A DNA stretch of 63,314 bases, counting the filler, from Nemertoderma westbladi (lineage: Eukaryota > Animalia > Xenacoelomorpha), in assembly GCA_032718475.1 (NCBI GenBank). It is 3 parts of 3 records of this genome, joined end to end, with 100 filler letters (N's around TTAATTAATTAA, not from the genome) between each part and the next. Parts side by side here need not be neighbours in the genome. Positions count along the whole stretch, not along the records: positions 25,955 to 44,661 come from JAUCBJ010000209.1; positions 44,762 to 63,314 come from JAUCBJ010004689.1; 1 more part is not named here. The stretch is one strand, 5' to 3'. Positions 37,004 through 48,437 of the stretch are shown in pieces. Both the position numbers and the translations under genes were made by a program. The notes under the pieces were generated by a model, which saw only the letters and a program-made list of their open reading frames with translations, was not told where the DNA came from and made no database searches. Position 1 is the first letter of the stretch. Each line of letters starts with the position of its first letter.

Positions 37004-37660
37004 ATATCTAGTCTCCCCCAACCTCCATAATTTATCCCACGCTTGTATTCTGCTGTGAATTTCCAGTTTATGTATAGGCCCTACATTCAATTTCTGCTAT
37101 CACCTACATAAATAATTAATTAATTAAGCATTATAATTAATCTAATAATTATTCCATTTTTTCATGAAATTATTTCATTTTACTGTTTTGAAAATATATT
37201 TATTTACTTCCTATGTACTTTTATATGATAACCAATAATGTATGAAATTAATGACATTAATGACATCGGGTTAGTGTTAAATGATAATTGTAATTAAGGG
37301 TTTAAGCTTCCACCACTTCTTTAAAGCTGCCAAGTAGTCTAGTCCCCCATACAATCGTATTTTATAAACTGTAGTACAGCCTGGTCCTACTCAGGACCCA
37401 GGGTCTCTTTAACGCCAAGACTTACTAGGCTGTAGCCTAGGGGCCCCAGCTTGAAAGGTATCCCTTTTAATAATAATTGGGAACAAATTCCTAGCTATCG
37501 CCACCATAATATCACCCAAACTAGACTAGTTACAGTAGTAGTTCTCAATCAAAGACATTCATGGAAACAATAAAAAGCATCGACTAACAAGCGCAAAATA
37601 ACGCGTCTATTCCGCGTCTACTAACACATGAACTACCAATCCTACAACAAAAAAACATTC

Positions 37661-37733
37661 ACCGGAATGGTGGGATTGAACTCGGTACCTAGAGATTCTA
37701 AGTCCCACGCTCTACCAACTTCGTCAATGCGTC
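37661..37733 (-). pseudogene. tRNA-like pseudogene or SINE head
   Basis: Minus strand AGTTGGTAGAGCGTGGGACTTAGAATCTCTAGGTACCGAGTTCAATCCC has D-loop and T-loop motifs but poor acceptor- and T-stem pairing. Confidence 0.45.
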
Positions 37734-37981
37734 GTATGAGGCCTTATTACTAAAACCCAACGTGAAATTAACAACAACACCAACGAAGAGAATACTAGAA
37801 GAGCTAAAACTTTACTGAACTTTTAATTTGTTATAATTTGATACGTTGAAAAATATGCAAATTATTGATTTCAACTACTTTTACAATTACAATAACAACA
37901 ATTTCATCACAGTTAGATCAACAGCGAGTTGTTATAGCACTTTATATCTCTCGAGGATAACACTCACTATAGACGATGAGT

Positions 37982-38440
37982 TACAGTATTTACTCGAATA
38001 AAGCCTGTGCGTTTAAGTTTATTCGAGGGGGGTGTTTATTCGGTTCCAAGTTTTATGGTTTTAGTGGGGGCGTTTATGTTTACGTTCTAGATTTTCAGCA
38101 TTTTGAATCTAAATACCCTAATGAAAATGTTGTTAAATTCAAGAAAACAAGTTAAACAAATGAAATAATTCTAATAAATCAGGATTATCTTTATTACACA
38201 TACAGCCTATTACCGCGGTACAATACCCTACAATATATTTACCTTCAGTCTATCTATATATTAATGATGAGTGTGTGCTAGAGGCATCGCTCACTAATCG
38301 TGGCTCGCCCCACATGGTAATATTATTAAAGTCAGATGCGTTTATTCGGGGAAGGCGTTTAAGTTGATAATTTGATAGTAAGAGGGGCGTTTATTCGAGG
38401 GGAGGGGGGGGGGGGGGGGGCTCTTATTTGAAGAAATACG
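37982..38440. mobile_element. Decayed Tc1/mariner-pogo-type MITE
   Basis: Ends TACAGTATTTACTCGAATAAAGCC and GGCTCTTATTTGAAGAAATACG are imperfect inverted repeats. Internal GCGTTTATTCG subrepeats are present. Confidence 0.5.
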
Positions 38441-38632
38441 CTCCTTTAAAAAAAACTGAAACTTAACTTTATATTGCTCTACGTCTTTGTCAATCCAACA
38501 TCATCAAACAAATCCTTTTGCGAAACACAATAGCAAACGCTACAATCTCTATAACGTGAATGATTTATAATATGGCAGGTACAGTATGATTGTATTGAAC
38601 TACTAAAAATAATAATTTTAATAATAATTTCA

Positions 38633-38900
38633 AGCAGCAGCTTGGTCTAGTGGTGACATTACTGTGCTTCCGATTAGGGAGCCCGGGTTCGATCCCTAGA
38701 TGGGGCAGCACTGTTTGGGCACAGTGCTTTAAATGCTGCAGCCTAGCCCAACCCCGGCTTTCATCCTTCAGTGGTCGATAAATGGGAACCAAGGCAACTT
38801 GGGAAACAGAGTGGAAGGGTTTACTGTGGAAGATCACCCATGGTGGTGAACAGGCATTCCTTGGCTTAACGAGCCTAAAAGATTCTCCCATTCCCATTCA
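38633..38900 (+). mobile_element. Full-length tRNA-derived SINE (family B) with Nin/Deu core
   Basis: A-box TGGTCTAGTGG (38643), B-box GGTTCGATCCC (38686), core CTTTCATCCTTCAGTGGTCGATAAATGGGAACCA, (CCCATT)n tail, and a TSD AATAATAATTT at 38620-38630 and 38902-38912. Confidence 0.8.
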
Positions 38901-39999
38901 AAATAATAATTTTTACTCAATTTTAACTGCAAAATCTGTAAACTATTCAGTTATAGTCTAGTCAGTTATATTAACTGTCATTAAAATATTTTAATTATCA
39001 CTAAAATGAATTACTATAAAATCACTATAAAAATTTAAAATCTAATTTACACTAAATAATAGAAATGAGCAGGTTACAGTGGCAAATTACTCCAACAAAA
39101 ACCATAAACGAAATAAAGAAGTACATTATTAATGAAATTAATATATTTTAGTAATTATAAAATATGAGATATCCACAAAAGCTTTACATTTTTACAGCAT
39201 AAGTTTCCTATGTGGTTATTAATGGCAGAAATCGTTTCTTATTGTTAGAATTTTGGAGGTACTTTACAGCGGCATGATTCTAATCGCTTTATTTTCACTT
39301 ACTTGTGTAACATATGGATACCGAACTGTAAAGAGGTCGTTTATTTATGCACCAAGACTAACTTATTATATAAATGATATATGAATATGAATGAAAAATA
39401 ATGAATATAAAATGATACATAAATGAAAATATTTTTATAACAAAAACAGAAACGCCGTTCTCGTTAATTAGGTTGATAAAATATTCAAACATAGTAAAGC
39501 GATACATTTTGGAAATTTTATTGTTCTATAATATCCTGCGAAATTAATCTTGAATTTGAATAGGAAATTTGGGAAAATATGTATTACATTAGCTTCTCGA
39601 AATGGAAAAAAAAGGAAATTGCGGATGAGATTGAAAAAAAATCGTTATTTCTTAACAGAATGTGCTCAATAATGAAAATTAAGGAGAATTAAATTCAACT
39701 TATAATAAAAAATAAGTATTATTTGGTACCTACAGACAGGTGAATCGACAATGTTACATTGGTACACTAATCACATAGGAAAATGCGAAATGCATAATTT
39801 AATCAAGCAAAAAGCAAATTCAAATAAATATTAACAATGAAATAATAAATATAGCAGTTTTACTAATTCAAAATACGAGCTGAAAAATATACAAGCGCTA
39901 TTACAGTAATTGAATACAATGTCATACCTACACGGCCTGGCCTATCTTCATTTAAAATGCAGTAATATTACCAAAAAACATTAATTGATATATCGTTAA

Positions 40000-42900
40000 C
40001 TAATTGGCATAGTAATTTGCTTTGAGAATTTCAGTGACAATGTAAGATTGTCCAGTTTTCCTTAAACCTTCACAGAATTGGTTAAAGTCAGAAATCGGTC
40101 GTCTTATTATCAGGGCTATAAGCGCATTGTTTTTCTCCAAGTCAGTGGTTATGCTTGCTATCTCCTGAGTCTGGCTGTGAGTGAGCACTCCATTGGCTTC
40201 AAGGTACACCAACAATTCAGAGGGGTCTATACTGTTAACTAAATCCCACCTGGAATAGCTAAGTTGTGCCAGAACAGGGCTCCCTGGGGCTGGGCCGTGA
40301 AACCAATTCTGATAAAATGCAGTTTTAATGGGTCGAGAATAGGGGCAAGGGATAGTTGGAGACAAAAGGCATTCATTGAGATTAATGAAGTGGTAACATG
40401 ATTCTTTATCACAATGGGGGACGTCATGTACTTCACAGTTTACTGTACACGGACAACGCACCATCGTCGTAAACGTTATGTTAACAAATTTTGAAGTAAC
40501 TTTATTGACGCAAATATCAGCTAGTATTTCCTCAATGTTACATTTGATTTCTTTCACAATTGTTGTTTTCGGTGGGTATGACGCTTCGGTTTGACCGCTT
40601 GGGTCTATCGTTTGTTTCCTAAGTATTTGAACTTTTATTCTATTTAAATGTCTTTTCGATTTCGTGAGTATTATGTGGTGGTAAACATCGATAAAAAGTC
40701 TCGTCACATTGTAATATAATTCGGGTTCAACTTTCCTGTCCCCGATTGAGAAAGTCCATTCAATTAGTCGTTTAACCAGAGCGTTATATATACCGTCAAC
40801 CAGGAAACCATTAAATATTAAATAATATTCAACATCAGTTGGTTTAGTTTCGAAATATATTTCATCATTACATGGTTTAAGTCGACACGGTACGTAAAAT
40901 GATAACCGATTAACATCAATAATTGATGCAGTTGATATCTGCGATGCTGTGATGGAATGTTCCAACACATTGCTCTCAACTTGAACTCTTTCGCATAACA
41001 AATCAAAACGAACCAAAATCTTTAGCAAGAAACTCTTTTGATGTAAGTTATCTTTCCACATAATATCTACTAGTTGGTCCCATAATATTCCCTTTTTATA
41101 GAGCTCACCCCACAATATTCCATTGGCCGAAACAACACCATCGTCAACAGATATAACTTTTCGAAACATATCAATAACCCATTGCGGACTCAGAATTACG
41201 GTTTCATCTATATTGTTATCATCAAAATAAACAACTGATCCAATATTATGATAGTATTTCAGCATAGTTATCAATGAGTTTTCACCCATTTGTATACCCT
41301 GCTTCGATAGAATTTCATTCATTTCACTCACCGAACAGTACAAAATATTATTAGAGCAGAGTTCAAAAATAATTTGTTCAAATTTAAAATATTTCAGTGG
41401 TATTTCCTGTCTATAATTCATTGCCAGCTTAACTATTTCATTGCGCAGATTAACCATATCAATATCAACTTCACCAGATTTAAGATTGTTTTCTATTGCA
41501 AAGTAGGATAGCTCCAAATATTGTCGGTATTTTCTGAAACGTACAAACTTATCAATTATCCCAAATTTTTTATTAGCCAGTTGCTTCTGGATGTCAACCT
41601 CCACAGCTAGATCTGCTCGATGAGTTCCAACTATAAATACTCTTCTAATCTCAGAGTCATCTTGCCCATTTGACGTGTAAGAATAAATATTGGATAACCA
41701 TAAATCAATAAATTCTATATTTTTCATATCATTTTGAAAACTTAAATCTGCTTTGCCTTCCAAATCTTTTGTGAGATCAAAAACGACTACATAAACAGCG
41801 TGACTGTTTATAAATATTTGGTGAGTAATGTAGTACAACATTTGCCCTCCGAAATCCCATATATTTAATGACAAATGTTCGTCTTGGTGTGCGTATTTGT
41901 CCATTGCATTTTCATCCTGAGTAACTTTCATCATCATGTCACCTAGAGCAGAGCTGACCCCTAAAGGAATATTAGCTACTTGCTTAGTAATATCGTCAAC
42001 TTGGTGACGTCCGATTTCGTCACATGTTAATCTGTGAAGTGGAACGGCTTTTATATTTTTAACTATATCCACATTAGACTCATCTGTAACATCGTACTCA
42101 GTGTTGATACTGTTAGTCGAAAGGTTGTCACTTCCCTTAACCACAGGATCGCAGATAGTAACAGTAACTCCAATCTTATCTAAAACCTTGCTGAAGATGT
42201 CTAAAGCTATTGTTTTTTCAGCATTTGAAATCATTTCTTGCCGACTAACAAGTTTTGTCCAATTTGTACAGTTGGAGAGATTAATATGACAATAGGTAGT
42301 GGTATCAATACCATGAGTAATACATTCATTGATGTTGAACTTCTGGCCTGTCAAGTTATTCTTTAAGCTGGTTTTACCTGCTAATTCTTGGCCGAGCAAC
42401 ATTAATCTCATTTTAGAACTAATTCGTTTTCCCTCACACAATGATTCGTTGTAAGAAGATATTGCCTCTGGGCCCTGGACAATGATTTCTGAAGGTGTGT
42501 GTTTCTTTATGTAAGTTATCAGATAAGGATGAGGCCTAACCACTATGGTTGGTACTCTTTGAAGACATTTTATATTCCATCTATCCTGCAAACACTTATC
42601 AACAAGTCCTCTTTGGACAAACTCGTTTACAATGTTTTCAGTTGATTCCTCATCTTCTTTCCAAAGAGCACACAGACTGAGAATATCGTATTCACGTTTA
42701 TCGCAAATGGACATTTTGAGGAATTTCATCCGATCTTGAAGCGAAAGGGAATTCAGAGTCCAAACTATTATTTTACCAACAAGCCGTACAGACGTTTGGT
42801 CGGTCATTTCGGATATTTCGTGTATATAGTCTACAATATCTTTCCACTTCTTTGCAATTTCAAGAATGAACTTGTTGGTCCACGATCGCCTCTGACTACC

Positions 42901-43785
42901 TCGTCCTGTCGTGCTAATAATTTGCAGGAATCCATCCCAATAACCGACTACTAAGTGGTTTCCAGCTCCATTAAACTCAAGGCAGGAAATCCTATTTTCT
43001 CTATTATTTAAAACATTAAGGCAGCAACCGTTACTAGCAGACAATATGTATATGACCCTTAAGTCACTCACGGCAACAGTAGTTCCTGTAGGGTGATATG
43101 CAATGCTGTCCGCATATATTTTATCTTCAGCTATCAGACTCCACATTACTTCACCCGTTTCAGCTATCCATGAATGGATCTCTAAACCACCAGCAGAAAC
43201 AATACACCGATAATCTGGAGACCACACAAGTCTAGAGACTTGCCCGGAATGACGGGAAAATTTCGAAATTGGAAGATGCTGACGGTCACATGATAAACCT
43301 CGGATGTCACAAGGCCAAATTTTCACCAGCTTGTCTACAGAACAGCTAGCCAGTTGCAAATTTAATGGTGCAAATGCAAAATCAGTTACCAAACCTTCAT
43401 GTGCCACCCAAGTAACCTTTGAAAAACTGTCGCATCCTAGAGTTATGACAACGAGTTTATTATCAGCACAGACGCCAAAAACATCCGAGTTAAATGAAAA
43501 CGTTACTTTTCTAATACATCTTTTTCTTGTTTCAATTTGATTCGATGGAATATCGAAGAGGATATCGGTGGTTTCGCTGTTCCACACGAGAACCGAACCG
43601 GTATGTGTACCTGCGACTATCGCTCGACCATTAGGAGACAGACAACTGCACGATAGATCCACCCGACTGTTAATAGACCTGATTGGTCTGCGCGTGGAAG
43701 AGTCGGCAATAGAGAGGCTATTCCCGTGGCGGAAGAATATTTGTTTTTCTTCCGGAAGAAACTTGGCATCATATATAGGATTCAT
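40000..43785 (-). CDS. ROCO-family protein: WD40 repeats / Apaf-1-like winged helix / Roc GTPase / COR / C-terminal CARD-like death fold (1261 aa, no introns in the ORF)
   Basis: WD repeats (AHEGLVTDFAF..LASCSVDKLVKIW, RHSGQVSRLVWSPD). Roc motifs GQELAGKTSL, THGID, WDFGGQ, VGTH. COR motifs LKYYHNIGSVVYF and VILSPQW. Terminal DLVNSIDPSELLVYLEANGVLT..FNQFCEGLRKTGQSYI. Confidence 0.9.
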   Translation of the reverse strand: MNPIYDAKFLPEEKQIFFRHGNSLSIADSSTRRPIRSINSRVDLSCSCLSPNGRAIVAGTHTGSVLVWNSETTDILFDIPSNQIETRKRCIRKVTFSFNSDVFGVCADNKLVVITLGCDSFSKVTWVAHEGLVTDFAFAPLNLQLASCSVDKLVKIWPCDIRGLSCDRQHLPISKFSRHSGQVSRLVWSPDYRCIVSAGGLEIHSWIAETGEVMWSLIAEDKIYADSIAYHPTGTTVAVSDLRVIYILSASNGCCLNVLNNRENRISCLEFNGAGNHLVVGYWDGFLQIISTTGRGSQRRSWTNKFILEIAKKWKDIVDYIHEISEMTDQTSVRLVGKIIVWTLNSLSLQDRMKFLKMSICDKREYDILSLCALWKEDEESTENIVNEFVQRGLVDKCLQDRWNIKCLQRVPTIVVRPHPYLITYIKKHTPSEIIVQGPEAISSYNESLCEGKRISSKMRLMLLGQELAGKTSLKNNLTGQKFNINECITHGIDTTTYCHINLSNCTNWTKLVSRQEMISNAEKTIALDIFSKVLDKIGVTVTICDPVVKGSDNLSTNSINTEYDVTDESNVDIVKNIKAVPLHRLTCDEIGRHQVDDITKQVANIPLGVSSALGDMMMKVTQDENAMDKYAHQDEHLSLNIWDFGGQMLYYITHQIFINSHAVYVVVFDLTKDLEGKADLSFQNDMKNIEFIDLWLSNIYSYTSNGQDDSEIRRVFIVGTHRADLAVEVDIQKQLANKKFGIIDKFVRFRKYRQYLELSYFAIENNLKSGEVDIDMVNLRNEIVKLAMNYRQEIPLKYFKFEQIIFELCSNNILYCSVSEMNEILSKQGIQMGENSLITMLKYYHNIGSVVYFDDNNIDETVILSPQWVIDMFRKVISVDDGVVSANGILWGELYKKGILWDQLVDIMWKDNLHQKSFLLKILVRFDLLCERVQVESNVLEHSITASQISTASIIDVNRLSFYVPCRLKPCNDEIYFETKPTDVEYYLIFNGFLVDGIYNALVKRLIEWTFSIGDRKVEPELYYNVTRLFIDVYHHIILTKSKRHLNRIKVQILRKQTIDPSGQTEASYPPKTTIVKEIKCNIEEILADICVNKVTSKFVNITFTTMVRCPCTVNCEVHDVPHCDKESCYHFINLNECLLSPTIPCPYSRPIKTAFYQNWFHGPAPGSPVLAQLSYSRWDLVNSIDPSELLVYLEANGVLTHSQTQEIASITTDLEKNNALIALIIRRPISDFNQFCEGLRKTGQSYIVTEILKANYYAN

Positions 43786-44661
43786 CCTATCATTATTGCT
43801 CCGATTATTTTGTTAAGAATACCAGCAAATCATCAAGCTGTTGAGACGTATAATGGAGTTTTCTTTAACAAACTTTTTGAATCTTAATTCAGGAACAGTT
43901 GATTCAAATTCCTTCAAATAAAATTTACAAATCAGAGATGCAGGTTAACAGGTAACAAATGTGGTGCTCAGTTGCAAAGTAATGAAAAGTTTTACTGTGA
44001 TACGTGCTGGAATAAAAAAACAGGTTTATAGTAAATTTAGAATGCGCTAACTACAGTAGGCATGGGGCATATATATACAATATAGATCAGGTGATCTAAT
44101 TGAATGTACCGCACCGGCAAGCCACAATCATATTCACCCACCCACTCACTCACTACCTATTAATATATCCAATCATACACATCACAAGACCAACGGTAAA
44201 AAGTACCTAAGATGTAATTGTGGATTGACCAACACAATGTTGCATTGTCTAACAATACACTTAAGACTTTGCACCCAAAGTAAATGAACATGTAATTATG
44301 AGATACAGTAGGCTAAAACTATTTCTGGTAAGGTGTTAACTACAATAGGCGCACTATACTATATTAGAAGGATTTTGAGCGTTAAAAACCGATTTATTTA
44401 CAAAACATAGAATAAGAAATTACAAGAGCGTTTTTTATAATATTCAATGAAATGTTCAAAATAGGTATGAAGTTAGTCCAGGATCATACACCCCAAACAT
44501 ACAAAACTAACTGTTTCTAACTAACCGTTTCATCTAATATCTTTAACAACTTGACCTACGGTATTACTTCAGCTATAATAATTTATTAATCAGTTAATAA
44601 TAGACCTTCATAACAAATTAAACGACTATATTGTTACTATAATTATAACCATGTTTCCCCC

Positions 44662-44761
44662 NNNNNNNNNNNNNNNNNNNNNNNNNNNNNNNNNNNNNNN
44701 NNNNNTTAATTAATTAANNNNNNNNNNNNNNNNNNNNNNNNNNNNNNNNNNNNNNNNNNNN
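44662..44761. other. Artificial scaffold linker N44-TTAATTAATTAA-N44
   Basis: Same 100-bp construct as 25855-25954. Confidence 0.95.
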
Positions 44762-45030
44762 ACTACAGTATAATCGTCGGAGGACGCACTAACCAATATA
44801 TTTTAGTAATTAATTAATGATTTCAAGAAAAATACGCAGTCGACTGTCTGACATTTTGTCAACGATTTAAAAGTAAAGTTAATTAAATTAATTTAAATTA
44901 AGTTAATTAGTTAATTAAATTAGGGAATTAATTACATTAGTGTATGTTAATGGACGCTTTGGTTGAATGGGGTATAAGTAAGAAGAAATACGGATTGCCT
45001 TATACTAACTTCCAAATACAATGCGGGGTG

Positions 45031-45460
45031 CGGGCACTAATGACTCGCAGGCACTAACGTCTCACTTGCAGACAAGGTCCTCGGGCACTAATGACTCGAG
45101 GGCACTAACGTCTCACTTACAGACAAGGTCCTCGGGCACTAATGACTCGAGGGCACTAACGTCTCACTTACAGACATGGTTCCCGGGCACTAATGACTCG
45201 CGGGCACTAAAGTCCTGAGACATTAGTGCCCGCGGGCACTAACGTCTCGCGGGCACTAAAGTCCTGAGACATTAGTGCCCGCGGGCACTAACGTCTCGCG
45301 GGCACTAAAGTCCTGAGACATTAGTGCCCGCGGGCACTAACGTCTCGCGGGCACTAAAGTCCTGAGACATTAGTGCCCGCGGGCACTAACGTCTCGCGGG
45401 CACTAAAGTCCTGAGACATTAGTGCCCGCGGGCACTAACGTCTCGCGGGCACTAATGTCC
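45031..45460. repeat. Composite minisatellite built from a GGGCACTAA monomer: 51-bp units, then 49-bp palindrome-containing units
   Basis: Three 51-bp units from 45031, then about five 49-bp units from 45201 containing the perfect palindrome TTAGTGCCCGCGGGCACTAA. Confidence 0.9.
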
Positions 45461-46002
45461 CCCAATCGTATAAAGTAGGTCATGTATAAACAATCAAACA
45501 TTGTCGCTTAAACCTCATTCCTTGGAGACATTGCTGCTTAGAATTTATTAGAAGACAGTCAGGGCTTATTGCTGTCAAAAAAAACGTCTGTGTGTTTGTC
45601 TGTATGTATGGCTTGGAAGGGTAAGAAGTGCTCTACTTCATGGCCAACTATACAAAGAAATGTATCGATTATTTGGGTTATTAATTATTTAAGCGGGTAA
45701 AATTAAGCTCTTGCTGTATAAAAATAGCACAGGTCGATTCGCCGTGTCCCATTCTCACAAAGTTTATATTATATTCGAGTGTTTAATATAAAGATGTATG
45801 ATTATTTATTGATTGAAAATAAAATAGTGTATAAATATGTAATATTCCCTCACGCAGCCTGAACTTTGCCTATGGTAGCGAATAGGGAAGGATTTTCTCT
45901 GTATCATAGCAACGTTGTACAGTATAATTATTTAACTCTGGCTAGCTGGGAAGACAGGTAGCAAGCCGGTTGGAGTGTTGAGTGTGTCTCAGTAAATCAG
46001 TC

Positions 46003-48148
46003 AGTGTCTGCACCAGTGTCTGCACCACTGTCTGCACCATGTGTCTGCACACTGTCTGCACCAGTGTCTGCACCGGTGTCTGTACCAGTGTCTGCGCCAG
46101 TGTCTGCACCACTGTCTACACCAGTGTCTGCACCACTGTCTGCACCACTGTCTACACCAGTGTCTGCACCAGTGTCTGCACCAGTGTCTGCACCAGTGTC
46201 TGCACCAGTGTCTGCACCACTGTCTACACCAGTGTCTGCACCACTGTCTACACCAGTGTCTGCACCAGTGGCTGCACCAGTGTCTGCACCAGTGTTTGCA
46301 CCACTGTCTGCACCAGGTGTCTGCACCACTGTCTGCACCAGTGTCTGCACCAGTGTCTGCACCAGTGTCTGCACCAGTGTCTGCACCACTGTCTGCACCA
46401 GGTGTCTGCACCAATGTCTGCACCACTGTCTGCACCACTGTCTACACCAGGTGTCTGCACCACTGTCTGCACCAGTGTCTGCACCAGTGTTTGCACTACT
46501 GTCTGCACCAGGTGTCTGCACCACTGTCTGCACCAGTGTCTGCACCAGTGTCTGCACCACTGTCTGCACCAGGTGTCTGCACCACTGTCTGCACCAGTGC
46601 CTGCACCAGTGTCTGCACCAGTGTTTGCACCAGTGTTTGCCCCACTGTCTGCACCAGGTGTCTGCACCACTGTCTGCACCAGTGTGTGCACCACTGTCTG
46701 CACCAGTTTCTGCACCAGTGTCTGCACCAGTGTCTGCACCACTGTCTGCACCAGGTGTCTGCACCAGTGTCTGCACCAGTGTCTGCACCAGTGTCTGCAC
46801 CAGTGTCTGCACCAGTGTCTGCACCACTGTCTGCACCAGGTGTCTGCATCACTGTCTGCACCACTGTCTGCACCAGTGTCTGCACCAGTGTCTGCACCAG
46901 TGTCTGCACCACTGTCTGCACCAGGTGTCTGCACCAATGTCTGCACCACTGTCTGCACCACTGTCTACACCAGGTGTCTGCACCACTGTCTGCACCAGTG
47001 TCTGCACCAGTGTTTGCACTACTGTCTGCACCAGGTGTCTGCACCACTGTCTGCACCAGTGTCTGCACCAGTGTCTGCACCACTGTCTGCACCAGGTGTC
47101 TGCACCACTGTCTGCACCAGTGCCTGCACCAGTGTCTGCACCAGTGTTTGCACCAGTGTTTGCCCCACTGTCTGCACCAGGTGTCTGCACCACTGTCTGC
47201 ACCAGTGTGTGCACCACTGTCTGCACCAGTTTCTGCACCAGTGTCTGCACCAGTGTCTGCACCACTGTCTGCACCAGGTGTCTGCACCAGTGTCTGCAGC
47301 AGTGTCTGCACCAGTGTCTGCACCAGTGTCTGCACCAGTGTCTGCACCACTGTCTGCACCAGGTGTCTGCATCACTGTCTGCACCACTGTCTGCACCACT
47401 GTCTACACCAGTAGTGTCTGCACCACTGTCTGCACCAATGTCTACACCAGTGTCTGCACCACTGTCTGCACCAGTGTCTGCACCAGTGCTTGCACCACTG
47501 TCTGCACCACTGTCTGCACCAGTGTCTGCACCAGTGTCTGCACCAGTGTCTGCACCAGTGTCTGCACCACTGTCTACACCAGTGTCTGCACCACTGTCTG
47601 CACCACTGTCTGCACCAGTGTCTGCACCAGTGTCTGCACCAGTGTCTGCACCAGTGTCTGCACCAGTGCTTGCACCACTGTCTGCACCAGGTGTCTGCAC
47701 CACTGTCTGCACCAGTGTCTGCACCAGTGTCTGCACCAGTGTCTGCACCACTGTCTGCACCAGGTGTCTGCATCACTGTCTGCACCACTGTCTGCACCAC
47801 TGTCTACACCAGTAGTGTCTGCACCACTGTCTGCACCAATGTCTACACCAGTGTCTGCACCACTGTCTGCACCAGTGTCTGCACCAGTGCTTGCACCACT
47901 GTCTGCACCAGGTGTCTGCACCACTGTCTGCACCAGTGCCTGCACCAGTGTTTGCACCACTGTCTGCACCAGGTGTCTGCACCACTGTCTGCACCACTGT
48001 CTGCACCACTGTCTACACCACTGTCTGCACCACTGTCTACACCACTGTCTACACCACTGTCTGCACCAGGTGTCTGCACCACTGTCTGCACCACTGTCTG
48101 CACCACTGTCTGCACCACTGTCTACACCACTGTCTACACCACTGTCTG
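46003..48148. repeat. 12-bp minisatellite (GTCTGCACCAGT / GTCTGCACCACT, with 13-bp variants)
   Basis: Direct reading of the array. All long ORFs here are repeat translations. Confidence 0.97.
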
Positions 48149-48437
48149 CTTAACGTTTACACCCAACGATTACTGTTAGTTATTACTGACTGAAGTTATA
48201 TTTTTATATATTATAAACTATATAATACATTTTGTACCTGGACATAGCCAAAAGTATACTCTTAACAACATATATCCAAGTGTAAATTTCTAAAACATTC
48301 GTCCATTGGAAATTTTTCAATCCAAAATATATTTTTTTTATTTTCTCAATTTACCAAGGTCTATACAATCTTCAAAATTGAGCAAAATTGGGGTAACTTT
48401 TCAAAATTTTCTCGATGACTATAAATTGAATATAATA

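Noticed and set aside
37661-37733. Functional tRNA gene
   Set aside because: The stems do not pair properly. This and the SINE heads are tRNA-derived, not tRNA genes.
45982-48193. Multiple long Cys/His- or Ser/Ala/Pro-rich ORFs
   Set aside because: Open in nearly all frames because the 12-bp unit lacks stops; there is no coding signal.
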